Below, piece by piece: positions 18,790 through 28,504 of a DNA stretch of 64,000 nucleotides. Below the pieces are notes generated by a model. It was not told the origin of the DNA. It searched no databases and worked only from the letters and a program-made list of their open reading frames with translations. Origin of the DNA: Escherichia phage EcSzw-2; the sequence record MH791400.1, one strand, 5' to 3'. Numbering within the stretch: position 1 is the first letter of the stretch; each line of letters opens with the position of its first letter. The position numbers and the translations under genes are program-made.

Positions 18790-19890
18790 ATGACAATTCT
18801 GTACAAACAAAACAAAGATGGCTCTTTTAACGTCTGGTCATGCGTTGCCGTAGGTGACAAAGTTGTTACCACGTATGGTAAAGAAAATGGCAAGATGATG
18901 TTTGAAGAGTACACAGCAGAACCGAAAAACATCGGTAAAAAGAATGAGCGTAATGCTGAACAGCAAGCTCTCTTTGAAGTTGCTGCTAAGTATAAGAAGC
19001 AGGTTGACCGTAAAGGTTATGCTTACACAAAATCTGAAGCAGAGAACACTGAAAAGGTTGGTGTACAACTCGCACAAGATGCTGCAAAGGTAAGTCATGC
19101 AAAGTATTTGAAGTTCCCTGCTGATGCTCAACCTAAGCTTGATGGTGTTCGTTGCCGTATATCAAGAGACACGGACTCAGTGAACTTCACAGCTTATTCC
19201 CGTGAAAATACTGTGTACAACGTACCTGAAGAGTTGATTCCAGACTTGCTGCTGATGATTAAATGCCACCCACAAGTTCAAGATTTTGATGGTGAAATCT
19301 ATGCTCACGGATGGGATTTAGAAGATATTGTATCTATGATTAAGAATGCTGACAATCCAGACCGTCACCTACTTAAATTCTACTGGTATGATATCTGCGA
19401 CAAAACTAAAACTTGGCCTGAGCGTCGTGAAATCATTGATAACTCGCCAATTGTTGAACTCGGTGATGCTTGCAGGGTTGTACCTGTTCAAACTATCCGT
19501 GTTAACTCTTGGGAAGAGTTTGACAAAGCCCATGATAATTGGGTTAAGCTGAAGTTTGAAGGGGCAATGTACCGTTCCATCTCAGCAGATTCTTTCTATG
19601 AGTGTGGTCACCGTTCATACTTCCTGATTAAGCATAAGAAGATGCACACGGAAGAATTTAAAGTAACTGGTGTGAAAACTGATAAGCGTGGTCATGGTAA
19701 ATTCGTTGTAGAGACACTCCCTAACGTCTTTGTGGATGTTTCATGGAAAACTACCCATGAGAAGAAACAGTATCTTGCTGAACACCCTGAAGAGTTTATC
19801 GGGAAACCTTTGACGGTTCAGTTCCAGAAGATGACTCGTAAGGGGTCTTTGCAGTTCCCTGTTGGTCTCGTTATACGAGATTATGAATAA
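18790..19890 (+). CDS. ATP-dependent DNA ligase
   Basis: Motif I KLDGVRC (adenylation lysine) in AQPKLDGVRCRIS; about 366 aa like T7/T4 ligases; start at ATG 18790 after GGAG..GAGG. Confidence 0.8.
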   Translation: MTILYKQNKDGSFNVWSCVAVGDKVVTTYGKENGKMMFEEYTAEPKNIGKKNERNAEQQALFEVAAKYKKQVDRKGYAYTKSEAENTEKVGVQLAQDAAKVSHAKYLKFPADAQPKLDGVRCRISRDTDSVNFTAYSRENTVYNVPEELIPDLLLMIKCHPQVQDFDGEIYAHGWDLEDIVSMIKNADNPDRHLLKFYWYDICDKTKTWPERREIIDNSPIVELGDACRVVPVQTIRVNSWEEFDKAHDNWVKLKFEGAMYRSISADSFYECGHRSYFLIKHKKMHTEEFKVTGVKTDKRGHGKFVVETLPNVFVDVSWKTTHEKKQYLAEHPEEFIGKPLTVQFQKMTRKGSLQFPVGLVIRDYE

Positions 19891-19896
19891 AAGTTG

Positions 19897-19924
19897 TTGA
19901 CATACACTCTCCGGTAGTTATACT
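19897..19924 (+). promoter_or_regulatory. sigma70-like promoter: TTGACA - 16 bp - TATACT
   Basis: Exact -35 hexamer 19897-19902 and near-consensus -10 19919-19924; 9-bp inverted repeat CCGGTAGTT / AACTACCGG (19911-19919, 19948-19956) brackets the -10 and start region. Confidence 0.6.
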
Positions 19925-19974
19925 AGCAATATAAAATTTGATATAGGAACTACCGGATGAGTTAGGAGAAGAAA

Positions 19975-20355
19975 ATGAAAAAGGTTATGGTAAGTGTCAT
20001 TCTGGCAACTCTGAGTTTTGGTGCATCAGCTATGACGATGCCTGAAGCAGACTTTAGTAAGGTCTCTATAGAGGCTTGTCAGATTGTTCGTAAAGTCGTA
20101 ACAGATGCTGGAGAGTTGACTAAACCGTTATCTTCTCCAACCGTCATGGAAATGTCTGACCGTATCACTGACTACAATTATCGTGTGATGGCAGATTACT
20201 ACGAAGCTGTTTCTGATGCTATGGTCACTCAAGACATTGACTTGCTTGATGACAAAGACATTGAGAAGGTTGAAGATACCAAACGTGGAATGATGGATGA
20301 AACTTTCAAAGGTGTTCATTATTTTGTTGAAAAGCGTACTTGTGTAGGTCTATGA
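19975..20355 (+). CDS. secreted or periplasmic hypothetical protein (126 aa) with N-terminal signal peptide
   Basis: MKKVMVSVILATLSFGASAMT signal-like N-terminus; AGGAGAAGAAA SD. Confidence 0.45.
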   Translation: MKKVMVSVILATLSFGASAMTMPEADFSKVSIEACQIVRKVVTDAGELTKPLSSPTVMEMSDRITDYNYRVMADYYEAVSDAMVTQDIDLLDDKDIEKVEDTKRGMMDETFKGVHYFVEKRTCVGL

Positions 20356-20356
20356 T

Positions 20357-20560
20357 ATGAAGAAGAATCATTGCAAGAAGAACTATGGAGAAGTGCTTGA
20401 CGACGAAGGTCATGTCATCTTCCGAGTTTACTGTGCAGATGACTCTGAAGTAGGTAAAGCACTTGATGACTATATCAATGGTACTCGTGAAAACGTCAGA
20501 GCAACAAACATAGATTCATTGATTGACACTTCCAGAAAACGGAGGAAGAAGGATGAATGA
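20357..20560 (+). CDS. hypothetical protein (67 aa)
   Basis: ORF track; translation checked codon by codon against the sequence. Confidence 0.4.
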   Translation: MKKNHCKKNYGEVLDDEGHVIFRVYCADDSEVGKALDDYINGTRENVRATNIDSLIDTSRKRRKKDE

Positions 20561-20852
20561 AGTCTTTGACCCTTACGCCCCACAAGATAAGTGGGAAGCT
20601 GATAGAGAGTATGAGATGGAAAGTTATATCTGTCCAATGGATGTAGACGAAATGAGAGAGTTCGTTGCATTCCGTTTTGAAAAAGAAATTGAGAAAAGAA
20701 AACTTTCTCAGGCACAAGTTGCAAAAATTTGTGATATCTCTCAAAGTCGTGTTTCCAACATTGTCAATGGTACTGGAAAGATTACCCTTGAATACATGTT
20801 GAAAGCTTGTGAAAAACTTGGTGTTAACTTCAACTTAAGGCTGTCAGATTAA
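20553..20852 (+). CDS. HTH (XRE/Cro-type) DNA-binding protein; start at MNEVFD inside the TTG-initiated track ORF
   Basis: C-terminal helix-turn-helix (LSQAQVAKICDISQSRVSNIVNG); GGAGGAAGAAGG SD before ATG at 20553. Confidence 0.55.
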   Translation: MNEVFDPYAPQDKWEADREYEMESYICPMDVDEMREFVAFRFEKEIEKRKLSQAQVAKICDISQSRVSNIVNGTGKITLEYMLKACEKLGVNFNLRLSD

Positions 20853-20853
20853 T

Positions 20854-21213
20854 ATGAAACGTGAAAATGCAATCATCAAAGGTAACTTCGCAATTGGCTT
20901 CTATGGTAAACCTACTGAAGCTGAAAAGGTGTGGGGTCATGAGATTCTTGAAGAGATGATTCCAAAACTCCAAAAAGGAGAAATTAAGCATTCTGAAAAG
21001 AATCGTGTGAAAGGCTATATGGCAATTGGTTCAGCTATATCCAACATCAAACTTGAGACGACATGTGCAAAAGATGTTCGTAACTCGTTTATCAAGGAAC
21101 TCTTCAACAACCTTGATGGTGTAGATGCTACCGCTATCTGGCTTGATGTTGATGGTGCTAAGTATACAACTTTCGTATTTAAAAATGAGGATATCAAATG
21201 TCTCTTCCCGTAA
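20854..21213 (+). CDS. hypothetical protein (119 aa)
   Basis: ORF track. Confidence 0.4.
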   Translation: MKRENAIIKGNFAIGFYGKPTEAEKVWGHEILEEMIPKLQKGEIKHSEKNRVKGYMAIGSAISNIKLETTCAKDVRNSFIKELFNNLDGVDATAIWLDVDGAKYTTFVFKNEDIKCLFP

Positions 21214-21698
21214 AAATTGACTTGTTCTTTGGATACAATCTGATGACAGGGTGTATGCTTAGTCTTCCAAAGTCTCCTTATCGTACTGAGAAGGGTGCTG
21301 TGAAACGTGCTGCACACTACAATAATGACTTAGGTCGTTTGCAGACGATTTACAAGTGGCTTGAAGAAGATGGTCGAGTAAATGAGTACTTCCATCAGCT
21401 TCGTATGGCTAACGAAGAAAATAAGATGGGCTATGAACTGTTCCCACGTCTTTACAAAGTGACTTCACCAACTTCTCAAACTTGGAATGAGAAATCTATT
21501 GAGGGTTACAAAAAGGTCACAATGTCTCCGTTTAGTAGTGGTGCAGAGTTTGAGAAGCTACGTGAGATAATTTATCAGACTGTTGCAAAGCGTGTTGCAA
21601 AGGGTCTTTCTTATAATGAAAAGATTGACTGGAACACTCAAAAGGTTATACAATTCTTTGCATACGATAATGACAAACAAACTTTTGTAGAGGTTTAA
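21198..21698 (+). CDS. hypothetical protein (166 aa)
   Basis: ORF track. Confidence 0.4.
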   Translation: MSLPVKIDLFFGYNLMTGCMLSLPKSPYRTEKGAVKRAAHYNNDLGRLQTIYKWLEEDGRVNEYFHQLRMANEENKMGYELFPRLYKVTSPTSQTWNEKSIEGYKKVTMSPFSSGAEFEKLREIIYQTVAKRVAKGLSYNEKIDWNTQKVIQFFAYDNDKQTFVEV

Positions 21699-21699
21699 C

Positions 21700-22218
21700 A
21701 TGAAGATTGGAAACAGCTTAACAGAGCCAGAAGCAATTCTGCTTAAGGGTGTTATCAAAGAACATCTTAAAAATCGTAGACTTCAAGAGGGCACAATCCT
21801 TATTGAGACAAACTACGAAGCTGGAACGATTGAGTTTCTTGACGAAGATACTGGTGATGCACTTTGCCTTTTGCCAACTCACCTCTTCACTACTGAGTTT
21901 CGAGATTCTAAATCAATCTCTGTGAAGCTGGTTCCAAGCATTGAGTTGTATGAAGGTATGCAATACCCACGTAGCTTCAAAGCTTTACTTAACATCTTCA
22001 TAGATGATATTGTAGATTTAGTAAGGCCAGAAGCTGGTGAGTATGTAATCACTGCTGAGTGTCAGAATAGCAGCTACATCACTCTTGCTGGCAATCTTTC
22101 AACGATGAACTTCTTAGATTTCATTCCGAAACACTTTGAAGACTTCCTTTCATCGTGTGGTGATGACCTTGATTTCATTGTAAAATTGGAACAAGAATAT
22201 AAGGTGAATAAGAAATGA
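21700..22218 (+). CDS. hypothetical protein (172 aa)
   Basis: ORF track. Confidence 0.4.
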   Translation: MKIGNSLTEPEAILLKGVIKEHLKNRRLQEGTILIETNYEAGTIEFLDEDTGDALCLLPTHLFTTEFRDSKSISVKLVPSIELYEGMQYPRSFKALLNIFIDDIVDLVRPEAGEYVITAECQNSSYITLAGNLSTMNFLDFIPKHFEDFLSSCGDDLDFIVKLEQEYKVNKK

Positions 22219-22484
22219 AAATCTTTAAAGTTGAACACTGTTACATGCAGAGTGGTGAGCCAATTCGTTGTCCTCATTGTGGTTGTACAGATTTTCAAGG
22301 TGAGGTTACAGATATCGTCTCTGGTCATGTAGCAGAAGAGTATACTCGTTGCCGTGGATGTATGAAGATTGTTTCATTTTGGGCTTACGGAAGTTATGAG
22401 CCACATCCACATGTTATTTATCATCCAGTAAAAGTTGTTAAGAATATCATCAACTGGCTTATTATTAAAGGGTTTTTCAAATGA
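22215..22484 (+). CDS. zinc-ribbon hypothetical protein (89 aa)
   Basis: CPHCGC...CRGC motif. Confidence 0.4.
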   Translation: MKIFKVEHCYMQSGEPIRCPHCGCTDFQGEVTDIVSGHVAEEYTRCRGCMKIVSFWAYGSYEPHPHVIYHPVKVVKNIINWLIIKGFFK

Positions 22485-23026
22485 TTCGTTTAGTGTTTGC
22501 AAGTGGTCGTAAAGGTGAGTTTGGCACTCCTGATGGGATGCCTTGGGAACGTAACCGTGAAGACATGAAAGAGTTTAAAAAGCTGACTCAAAACCAGCTT
22601 GTAATCATGGGTAATGAGACTTTCAAGACTCTTGGACGTAAACCTTTACCAAATCGTGAGAACATGATTCTGTCAAACAACCTCCCATATTACGGGATAG
22701 ACTTTGATAATGACGGTTTTGTTATTGCGAAAGCTGACCCAGATTCTTTCGGTGCATTCTTGAAGAAAATTGACAGCCAGATTGATGAAAATGTCTGTGT
22801 GATTGGTGGTGCAAACATCTTAAAAGCAGCTTTACCATTTGCTGATGAAGTTTACCACACAGTTATCTATGAAATTACTAAAGAGCCAACTGTGTATCTT
22901 CCTGAAGAGGGTTTCTTTGAGTATTTACATGAGCCTGAACTCTTTGCTAGAATACAAGCTAAACCTCTGGATGATAAATCTGGAGTGGTAAACTTCTATG
23001 TTCCACAAGTAAGAGGACGATTCTGA
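22481..23026 (+). CDS. frd: dihydrofolate reductase
   Basis: 181 aa; N-terminus MIRLVFASGRKGEFGTPDGMPWE matches the DHFR pattern; directly upstream of thymidylate synthase. Confidence 0.85.
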   Translation: MIRLVFASGRKGEFGTPDGMPWERNREDMKEFKKLTQNQLVIMGNETFKTLGRKPLPNRENMILSNNLPYYGIDFDNDGFVIAKADPDSFGAFLKKIDSQIDENVCVIGGANILKAALPFADEVYHTVIYEITKEPTVYLPEEGFFEYLHEPELFARIQAKPLDDKSGVVNFYVPQVRGRF

Positions 23027-23027
23027 T

Positions 23028-23924
23028 ATGTCACAAGCAGATGTAAGTTATAAAAATATCCTGAACCACGTTTTGACAGTTGGTGAGCAGCGTAAAACCC
23101 GAACTGGTTCTGTAATTTCAACGTTCTCGCCTCCAGAGTTTCGTTTTGATATGCGTACTGGTTTCCCTTTACTGACGTCTAAACAGGTTCTGACCAGACA
23201 AGTTATAGGGGAAGCTTTATGGTTCTTGAATGGTGAGAATAAACTTGGTCATCTTCGCTATCGTACTTGGGGAGAAAACGATGGGGAGCGTTGGACAATC
23301 TGGACAAATGATTTTGAACGTTGGCTTAAAACAACATATGCAAGCGAGCAAGATTGGCTAGATGATGCAGGTGGACGTATCTACGGTGTACAGTGGAGAG
23401 CCTCAGAAGGTCATGGTGGCGTTACAGTTGACCAGCTAGACAATCTGATTACCAAGATGAAAAAGTCTCCTACAGACCGTTACATGCTGGTTAATGCTTG
23501 GAATGCTGCTGATATCTCAGCTAATGCAATGGCTTTACCACCTTGTCATGTGCTTTTCCAGATTTACATCTCAAATACTGGTGAAGTTGATTTAAAATGG
23601 TATCAACGTTCTGTAGACAGCTTCTTAGGTTTACCGTTTAACATTGCGTCTTATGGTTTTATCTTGGAAGTGCTTTGTAAGATGACTGGATACACGCCTC
23701 GTTATCTGATTGGTACTTTGGGTGATACTCAGATTTATCAGAACCATATGAATCAGGTATTCCAGCTTTTAGGTAATGAAGAGTTTCCTGCACCAAAGTT
23801 TGAGATTGTTCAAGATTTGAAATGTCTGGATGACCTCAAACATATGACTGCAAGTGACTTTATCGGCGGTTTCAAAGACTATCGACATGCAGGGAAGATT
23901 GAAGCTCCCTTGTCAGTAGGTTGA
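23028..23924 (+). CDS. td: thymidylate synthase
   Basis: 298 aa; catalytic-Cys region LPPCHVLFQ and DLKWYQRSVDSFLGLPFNIASYG conserved ThyA motifs; uninterrupted. Confidence 0.9.
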   Translation: MSQADVSYKNILNHVLTVGEQRKTRTGSVISTFSPPEFRFDMRTGFPLLTSKQVLTRQVIGEALWFLNGENKLGHLRYRTWGENDGERWTIWTNDFERWLKTTYASEQDWLDDAGGRIYGVQWRASEGHGGVTVDQLDNLITKMKKSPTDRYMLVNAWNAADISANAMALPPCHVLFQIYISNTGEVDLKWYQRSVDSFLGLPFNIASYGFILEVLCKMTGYTPRYLIGTLGDTQIYQNHMNQVFQLLGNEEFPAPKFEIVQDLKCLDDLKHMTASDFIGGFKDYRHAGKIEAPLSVG

Positions 23925-23931
23925 TAGATAC

Positions 23932-23957
23932 AAAAAAGGCTCCTTTTTACGGGAGCC
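23932..23957. terminator. bidirectional terminator-like hairpin between convergent genes
   Basis: GGCTCC-tttttac-GGGAGCC; minus strand has a 6-U run after the stem, plus strand a weaker one. Confidence 0.5.
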
Positions 23958-23963
23958 TTAAAC

Positions 23964-24338
23964 TTATTTCTTCTTAGCATTTTGAGTGTTCTGTTCAGTG
24001 ATTGCTTGCAAAGCCGATACAGACTGTGCTAGGTTATTAACACTGTCAGAGAATTTATCAAGGGTCTTGGTCAACTTGGCGTTTTCACCCTTTACGTTCT
24101 CTAGCTGAACCTTCTGGTTCTCCATGCCTAATTGCAGGAGTTTCATGTCAGACTGTAAGTCACGAATAGCTGAGTAGTTGCTTTTGTTGTAACTATCAAG
24201 CTGTTGTAACTTTGTCGAAACGGAAACTTCCTGCTTCCCATCAGACACCTGCATTGTAGTGTACATACCAATTACACTGAAGATACCCACAACAATTGCA
24301 CCAATGTTATTTTTGAAAGCATCCTCTAACCACTTCAT
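23964..24338 (-). CDS. membrane-anchored coiled-coil protein (124 aa); possible spanin-like
   Basis: N-terminal hydrophobic helix (IGAIVVGIFSVIGMYTT) then long coiled coil; function not established. Confidence 0.35.
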   Translation of the reverse strand: MKWLEDAFKNNIGAIVVGIFSVIGMYTTMQVSDGKQEVSVSTKLQQLDSYNKSNYSAIRDLQSDMKLLQLGMENQKVQLENVKGENAKLTKTLDKFSDSVNNLAQSVSALQAITEQNTQNAKKK

Positions 24339-24532
24339 TCTTTCTCCCCTTTAAAGGCTTTTTCCAAGTTATTAACAAATTCATCATCAATAGGCGTATC
24401 TGTCTTGCTCGCAAGGTATCTTGCAAGTCTGAAGAAGGCTTTCTCAATCATGTATTCACTCAGAAGGGAAAGTAAGAGTTTCCAGAGGAAGCTACCCAAG
24501 TTTTTTAAGAGGATTGCTAGGATAGTCGGCAT
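24335..24532 (-). CDS. small membrane protein (65 aa)
   Basis: Hydrophobic N-terminus ILAILLKNLGSFLWKLLLSLL. Confidence 0.35.
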   Translation of the reverse strand: MPTILAILLKNLGSFLWKLLLSLLSEYMIEKAFFRLARYLASKTDTPIDDEFVNNLEKAFKGEKE

Positions 24533-24611
24533 TATATCACCTCATCAGCCAAGATGGTGAGAATACCTATGAAAATATTAACACCATCTTAACAATTAGT
24601 CAACAAATTGA

Positions 24612-26996
24612 TTACGCCGTTCTAACCCATGCCATCAATCTAATAAACAGGTTTACAACACTGAATGCTGAACCAGAACCTGTACCACCAGTGTTACCAC
24701 TAACTGTGTGGGTGTGAGCACCGATACCTACTGTGTGGGCATGGTTACCAGCAGAGGCAGCAGTACCAGAGATTGTGTGGGTGTGAGCACCACCTGCATC
24801 AGTATAACCTGGCCCTGTACCAATCTTACCACCACCACCACCAGAATAGTGTGTAGAGTTCTGACCAATCCACGAGATTGCATGGTTATGGCTACCAGCA
24901 GATGCAGCAGAACCACTCACAGAGTGAGTATGAGCACCCGTTGTGTTAGATGTTTTAGTACCGTAGTCAAAGCTTGATGTTGTAGCTGAGAAGCTGTGAG
25001 TGTGTGAAGGGATATGCCCTACAGATAACGTCACAGTATCCGCACCACCAACTGATTTAACATCTGAACCGTTTGCTGCACCAATCCTAACTGTTCTTCC
25101 AACACCCTCATTCAGATACGTCCAAGTCATACCTGCAAGAGTCGTGTTAGGGTTCTGGTTAGTTGCAAACCATGTTACAATCCCCACTGGATAGACTTTC
25201 TTAAGGTCTGTTGAGTCAGTTACAGCAGATGCAATTTTCTGGTCAACTTCAGCTTTAGTGTACGCACCAAGTTCTGAAGGGGTTGGCTTAGTACCGTCTG
25301 TGTAAATCTTCTCAAAAGTTACTGTGTCAGTTTCTGTCAAGTTTCTTGCAAGCCAGATACCTTTTGCTGAGTAGTTAGCTAAGAAAGCCAACTGACCAAC
25401 ACCTGTATCTCTCTTCGCAAAAACATGAAGATATGCTGCTGAATCTGCTGGATAGCTTGGGATAACACTTGCAGCAGGTGTCTGTAGCATTGCTGAGTAG
25501 CCTTGAGGCTTGTTCCAGTCTGCTCTTGTAGCAATAGAGATAATTCTACCAACTGTTGCACCATGACCTGTAGAACTAATCACCAAGTCTGTCGCTGTGC
25601 TTCCACTCACTTTCAAGAATCTTGCATCTAAGTTGCCCCAATCAGAAGGTTTTACCTGTCCAGTAATCTGTAGAGATTTAGACAAAAGGACTTCATCAGA
25701 CAAATCAATTCTTGCACCAGTCAAGTAGTTGTGGAAAGATGCAACACCAGAACCATTTGTACCACAACCAATATACCACTTGTTAGAGTTATCAGTATTC
25801 TTCCCAACGATGTAAGAAGCATTATTCTGAACTTTGCTGTAGATTCTTAGTGCTTCGCCATCTGATTGAATGTTTTGTTGAAGAGTGAACGTGTTAGCTT
25901 CATTCTTCTTAGCAAGATTAGCATATGTACCAATCAAAACATAGCGAGAGTCAATATTAGTCCAATCGGTAGGCTGAACCTGTCCAGTGATTGCAAGACT
26001 CTTGTTCACCCTAACCATGTTGTCAAGCAACACATAGGTATCATTTGAGATGTTTGTCAAGACAACTGAGCTACTACCATCTGCATAGTTACCTACAGCC
26101 CACTTCATAGAAGCATCTGTGTTCTGACCTTCGATGTAAAGTGCCTTACCACTTGTCAAGTTCTTCAGAGTTAATCTTGCACCATCACCAAGTAACGTTG
26201 TAGTACCTCTGAAGGTGTTGTTTCCAGTAATCGTGTTAGCCGCTGCCAACTGAACAAATCTTTGGTCTGCTGCATCACGAGTGTAGAATCTTGCATCAAA
26301 GTTACCAAAATCTGAAGGAACAACCTGTCCAGTTACCTGAAGAGACTTGTTAATACCTACAGCACCAGCACCAAGAACGATATTAGTGTTCTGCCTTGTA
26401 TTAGCCAAAGTCACATCTGTTCCAGCACCAAGGTTACCAAGGGTGAATCTGACGTTATTTGCTACATCTCTTCCCTCATAATACAACGCAGACTCTGTAG
26501 TGTTTTTTAAAGTTAAACCTGCGTTATTGGTCTGGAAAATTTGACTTGCCGTGAAGGTGTTTTGAGTACCTTTGATAGCAAATCTTGCATCATTCTCATC
26601 ATTAGTTCTCATCCCAAGTTCGTTAGGAGATGGCTTATTCAGAGTGTGATAAACTGTTGCACTTCTCGAAGCATCTGCAATAGTTAGTTTAAGACCATTT
26701 GCATTAAGTTTGAAAGTTTTTGCAGTGTCGCCAAAGACAATTTCAGAATTACCTGTTGGGTCAAGTAAGTCTTTTCCTCCATAGGTAAGTTTAACAATTC
26801 CTAAATTACCTGTCATGGTTCCACCAACTAATTGCAGAAATCTTTCCAATCTAAATGATGCAAGGAAATCTGCATAAGTCATTCTACGGTCTTCATCACC
26901 TAGCATCTCAGTTCTTTTCTTTACTCTGACATGCAATAGGTCATCAGAACGAATCTCACTAATCGAGTTTAATTCACTCAATTTAAATTCTGCCAT
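24612..26996 (-). CDS. long tail fibre protein with C-terminal His-box repeats
   Basis: 794 aa; C-terminal repeats GAHTHSVSGSAASAGSHNHAI...GGAHTHTISGTAASAGNHAHTVGIGAHTHTVSG resembling HxH metal-binding boxes of T4 gp37/gp12-type fibres. Confidence 0.7.
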   Translation of the reverse strand: MAEFKLSELNSISEIRSDDLLHVRVKKRTEMLGDEDRRMTYADFLASFRLERFLQLVGGTMTGNLGIVKLTYGGKDLLDPTGNSEIVFGDTAKTFKLNANGLKLTIADASRSATVYHTLNKPSPNELGMRTNDENDARFAIKGTQNTFTASQIFQTNNAGLTLKNTTESALYYEGRDVANNVRFTLGNLGAGTDVTLANTRQNTNIVLGAGAVGINKSLQVTGQVVPSDFGNFDARFYTRDAADQRFVQLAAANTITGNNTFRGTTTLLGDGARLTLKNLTSGKALYIEGQNTDASMKWAVGNYADGSSSVVLTNISNDTYVLLDNMVRVNKSLAITGQVQPTDWTNIDSRYVLIGTYANLAKKNEANTFTLQQNIQSDGEALRIYSKVQNNASYIVGKNTDNSNKWYIGCGTNGSGVASFHNYLTGARIDLSDEVLLSKSLQITGQVKPSDWGNLDARFLKVSGSTATDLVISSTGHGATVGRIISIATRADWNKPQGYSAMLQTPAASVIPSYPADSAAYLHVFAKRDTGVGQLAFLANYSAKGIWLARNLTETDTVTFEKIYTDGTKPTPSELGAYTKAEVDQKIASAVTDSTDLKKVYPVGIVTWFATNQNPNTTLAGMTWTYLNEGVGRTVRIGAANGSDVKSVGGADTVTLSVGHIPSHTHSFSATTSSFDYGTKTSNTTGAHTHSVSGSAASAGSHNHAISWIGQNSTHYSGGGGGKIGTGPGYTDAGGAHTHTISGTAASAGNHAHTVGIGAHTHTVSGNTGGTGSGSAFSVVNLFIRLMAWVRTA

Positions 26997-27009
26997 TATA
27001 CAATCCTCT

Positions 27010-27031
27010 TAAAAGGGGCTACAAAGCCCCT
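27010..27031 (-). terminator. hairpin GGGGCT-acaaa-GCCCC plus U-run on minus strand
   Basis: Between the two tail-fibre genes; A-run 27011-27014 on plus. Confidence 0.45.
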
Positions 27032-27038
27032 ATTATAA

Positions 27039-28187
27039 TTAAGCAGTTCTCTGCCATACATATAGAACAAATGATGGCTGTTCAATGTTAAATGCCTGAC
27101 CAGAACCAGTTGAGCCAGTTGTACCAGAGTGGGAATGCTCACCTGCACCAGTAACCGTCACCGTAGCCGTATGTGAGTGACTACCAATAGCAACGGAGTG
27201 GCTGTGAGCACCAATACCAACTGTGTGGCTGTGAGCACCAATTGCTACAGTGTGAGTATGGTTGTTAGCAGTTGTCAGAGTGGCTCTTGGGTCATAGTCT
27301 GCACCAACTACTGAAAGTCCCGGCAAACTACCGTTATCATAACCACGGTTAATCCACGTTGTCTGGGTGAATCCAGCAGAACTCGTAGTTTTATTACCAT
27401 AATTGAATGATGATGTTGTCTTAGTACCATAATCAAATGTGGTAGTTCCTTTAGTACCATAATCAAATGAACTAACTGAAGCAGTTGCACCGTGTGAGTG
27501 ACCGCCACCAGTTACATACACTGAGTGGGTGTGTGCAGGAATATTATTAGCAGATAGTGAAGCAGTTTGAGAACCAAACGTTGAACCCGCTGGTCTGGAT
27601 GTGCTATCAAAACCTACTAAAGCTCTACCTCTGGATACTAACACCCAAGTACCACCACAAATTAGATATGTAGATGGGTTAGCAGCATTCATAGACAGAT
27701 GGATAGTACCTACTGGATAAGAAGCCTGTACAGCCCTATACAAGCTGTTTACTGCCCTTGCTGTAGCATACTTATCAGCGTCTTCATTATATGCGTTGGA
27801 AGCTAACCAGTTCTGAACATTCCCCAAACCAACTTGTGATTTAGTTGTATTGTGAGGGTTATTCTTGTCATTAATGTGGTTCTGGATAAGTTGATTAACT
27901 TCATCAGAAGACATAATCTGTAAGTTTGCTCTTGCTTCAGCTACGTCAACGATATCTGATAAGTTGTTTGCAGCGACAAGCTGTAAAGCATTTAACACGT
28001 TGCCTAGCTCAACCTGAACTTTTGTAACACCGTGAGGGTTATTCCTCAAGGATGCGTGAGGGTCAAGTAATTGTTCAAGTGTACATCTCTTATCCTCAAT
28101 ACCTTGTTTAAGGTGGAAGATATCACTTAACTCAATTGGTAACGACGCTTGAGGCAAGGCACTAATTTGAATTTCACCTACTGCCAT
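27039..28187 (-). CDS. tail fibre protein with His-box repeats
   Basis: 382 aa; C-terminal HTHTVAIGAHSHTVGIGAHSHSVAIGSHSHTATV repeats. Confidence 0.65.
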   Translation of the reverse strand: MAVGEIQISALPQASLPIELSDIFHLKQGIEDKRCTLEQLLDPHASLRNNPHGVTKVQVELGNVLNALQLVAANNLSDIVDVAEARANLQIMSSDEVNQLIQNHINDKNNPHNTTKSQVGLGNVQNWLASNAYNEDADKYATARAVNSLYRAVQASYPVGTIHLSMNAANPSTYLICGGTWVLVSRGRALVGFDSTSRPAGSTFGSQTASLSANNIPAHTHSVYVTGGGHSHGATASVSSFDYGTKGTTTFDYGTKTTSSFNYGNKTTSSAGFTQTTWINRGYDNGSLPGLSVVGADYDPRATLTTANNHTHTVAIGAHSHTVGIGAHSHSVAIGSHSHTATVTVTGAGEHSHSGTTGSTGSGQAFNIEQPSFVLYVWQRTA

Positions 28188-28189
28188 TA

Positions 28190-28504
28190 TTAGCCTCCGA
28201 TAAATTCATAAGTGTACTGATTAGTTGTGCTTGTTGGAGCAGTACCTGTCACGGTATTAATAAGGTTCCATCCAGCCGATACTAAATCAGGTTGCTCGGT
28301 AGCAAAGCTTCTGACTTCACCAACAATAGCTGTTGTCCCATTTGCTCTTTCCAGCAAATAGTTTAAAATATAGTTATACCACTGACGACCCATTGGTTCG
28401 CCACGAAGTAACCCTGTTGCCTGAATCTCAGGAGGTGGTAACACTTTTAACTGGTTACCATCAGCGTCTACATCATCTGTAGCCCATCTTACTGCATCTG
28501 CCAT
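28190..28504 (-). CDS. hypothetical tail-associated protein (104 aa)
   Basis: ORF track; position within tail-fibre/baseplate block. Confidence 0.4.
   Translation of the reverse strand: MADAVRWATDDVDADGNQLKVLPPPEIQATGLLRGEPMGRQWYNYILNYLLERANGTTAIVGEVRSFATEQPDLVSAGWNLINTVTGTAPTSTTNQYTYEFIGG

Noticed and set aside
1-23924. Group I introns or inteins in td, nrdA, nrdB, nrdD or the polymerase, as in T4
   Set aside because: td, nrdA, nrdB and the polymerase are single uninterrupted ORFs of normal length with conserved motifs in order; the nrdD portion within the window is likewise uninterrupted.
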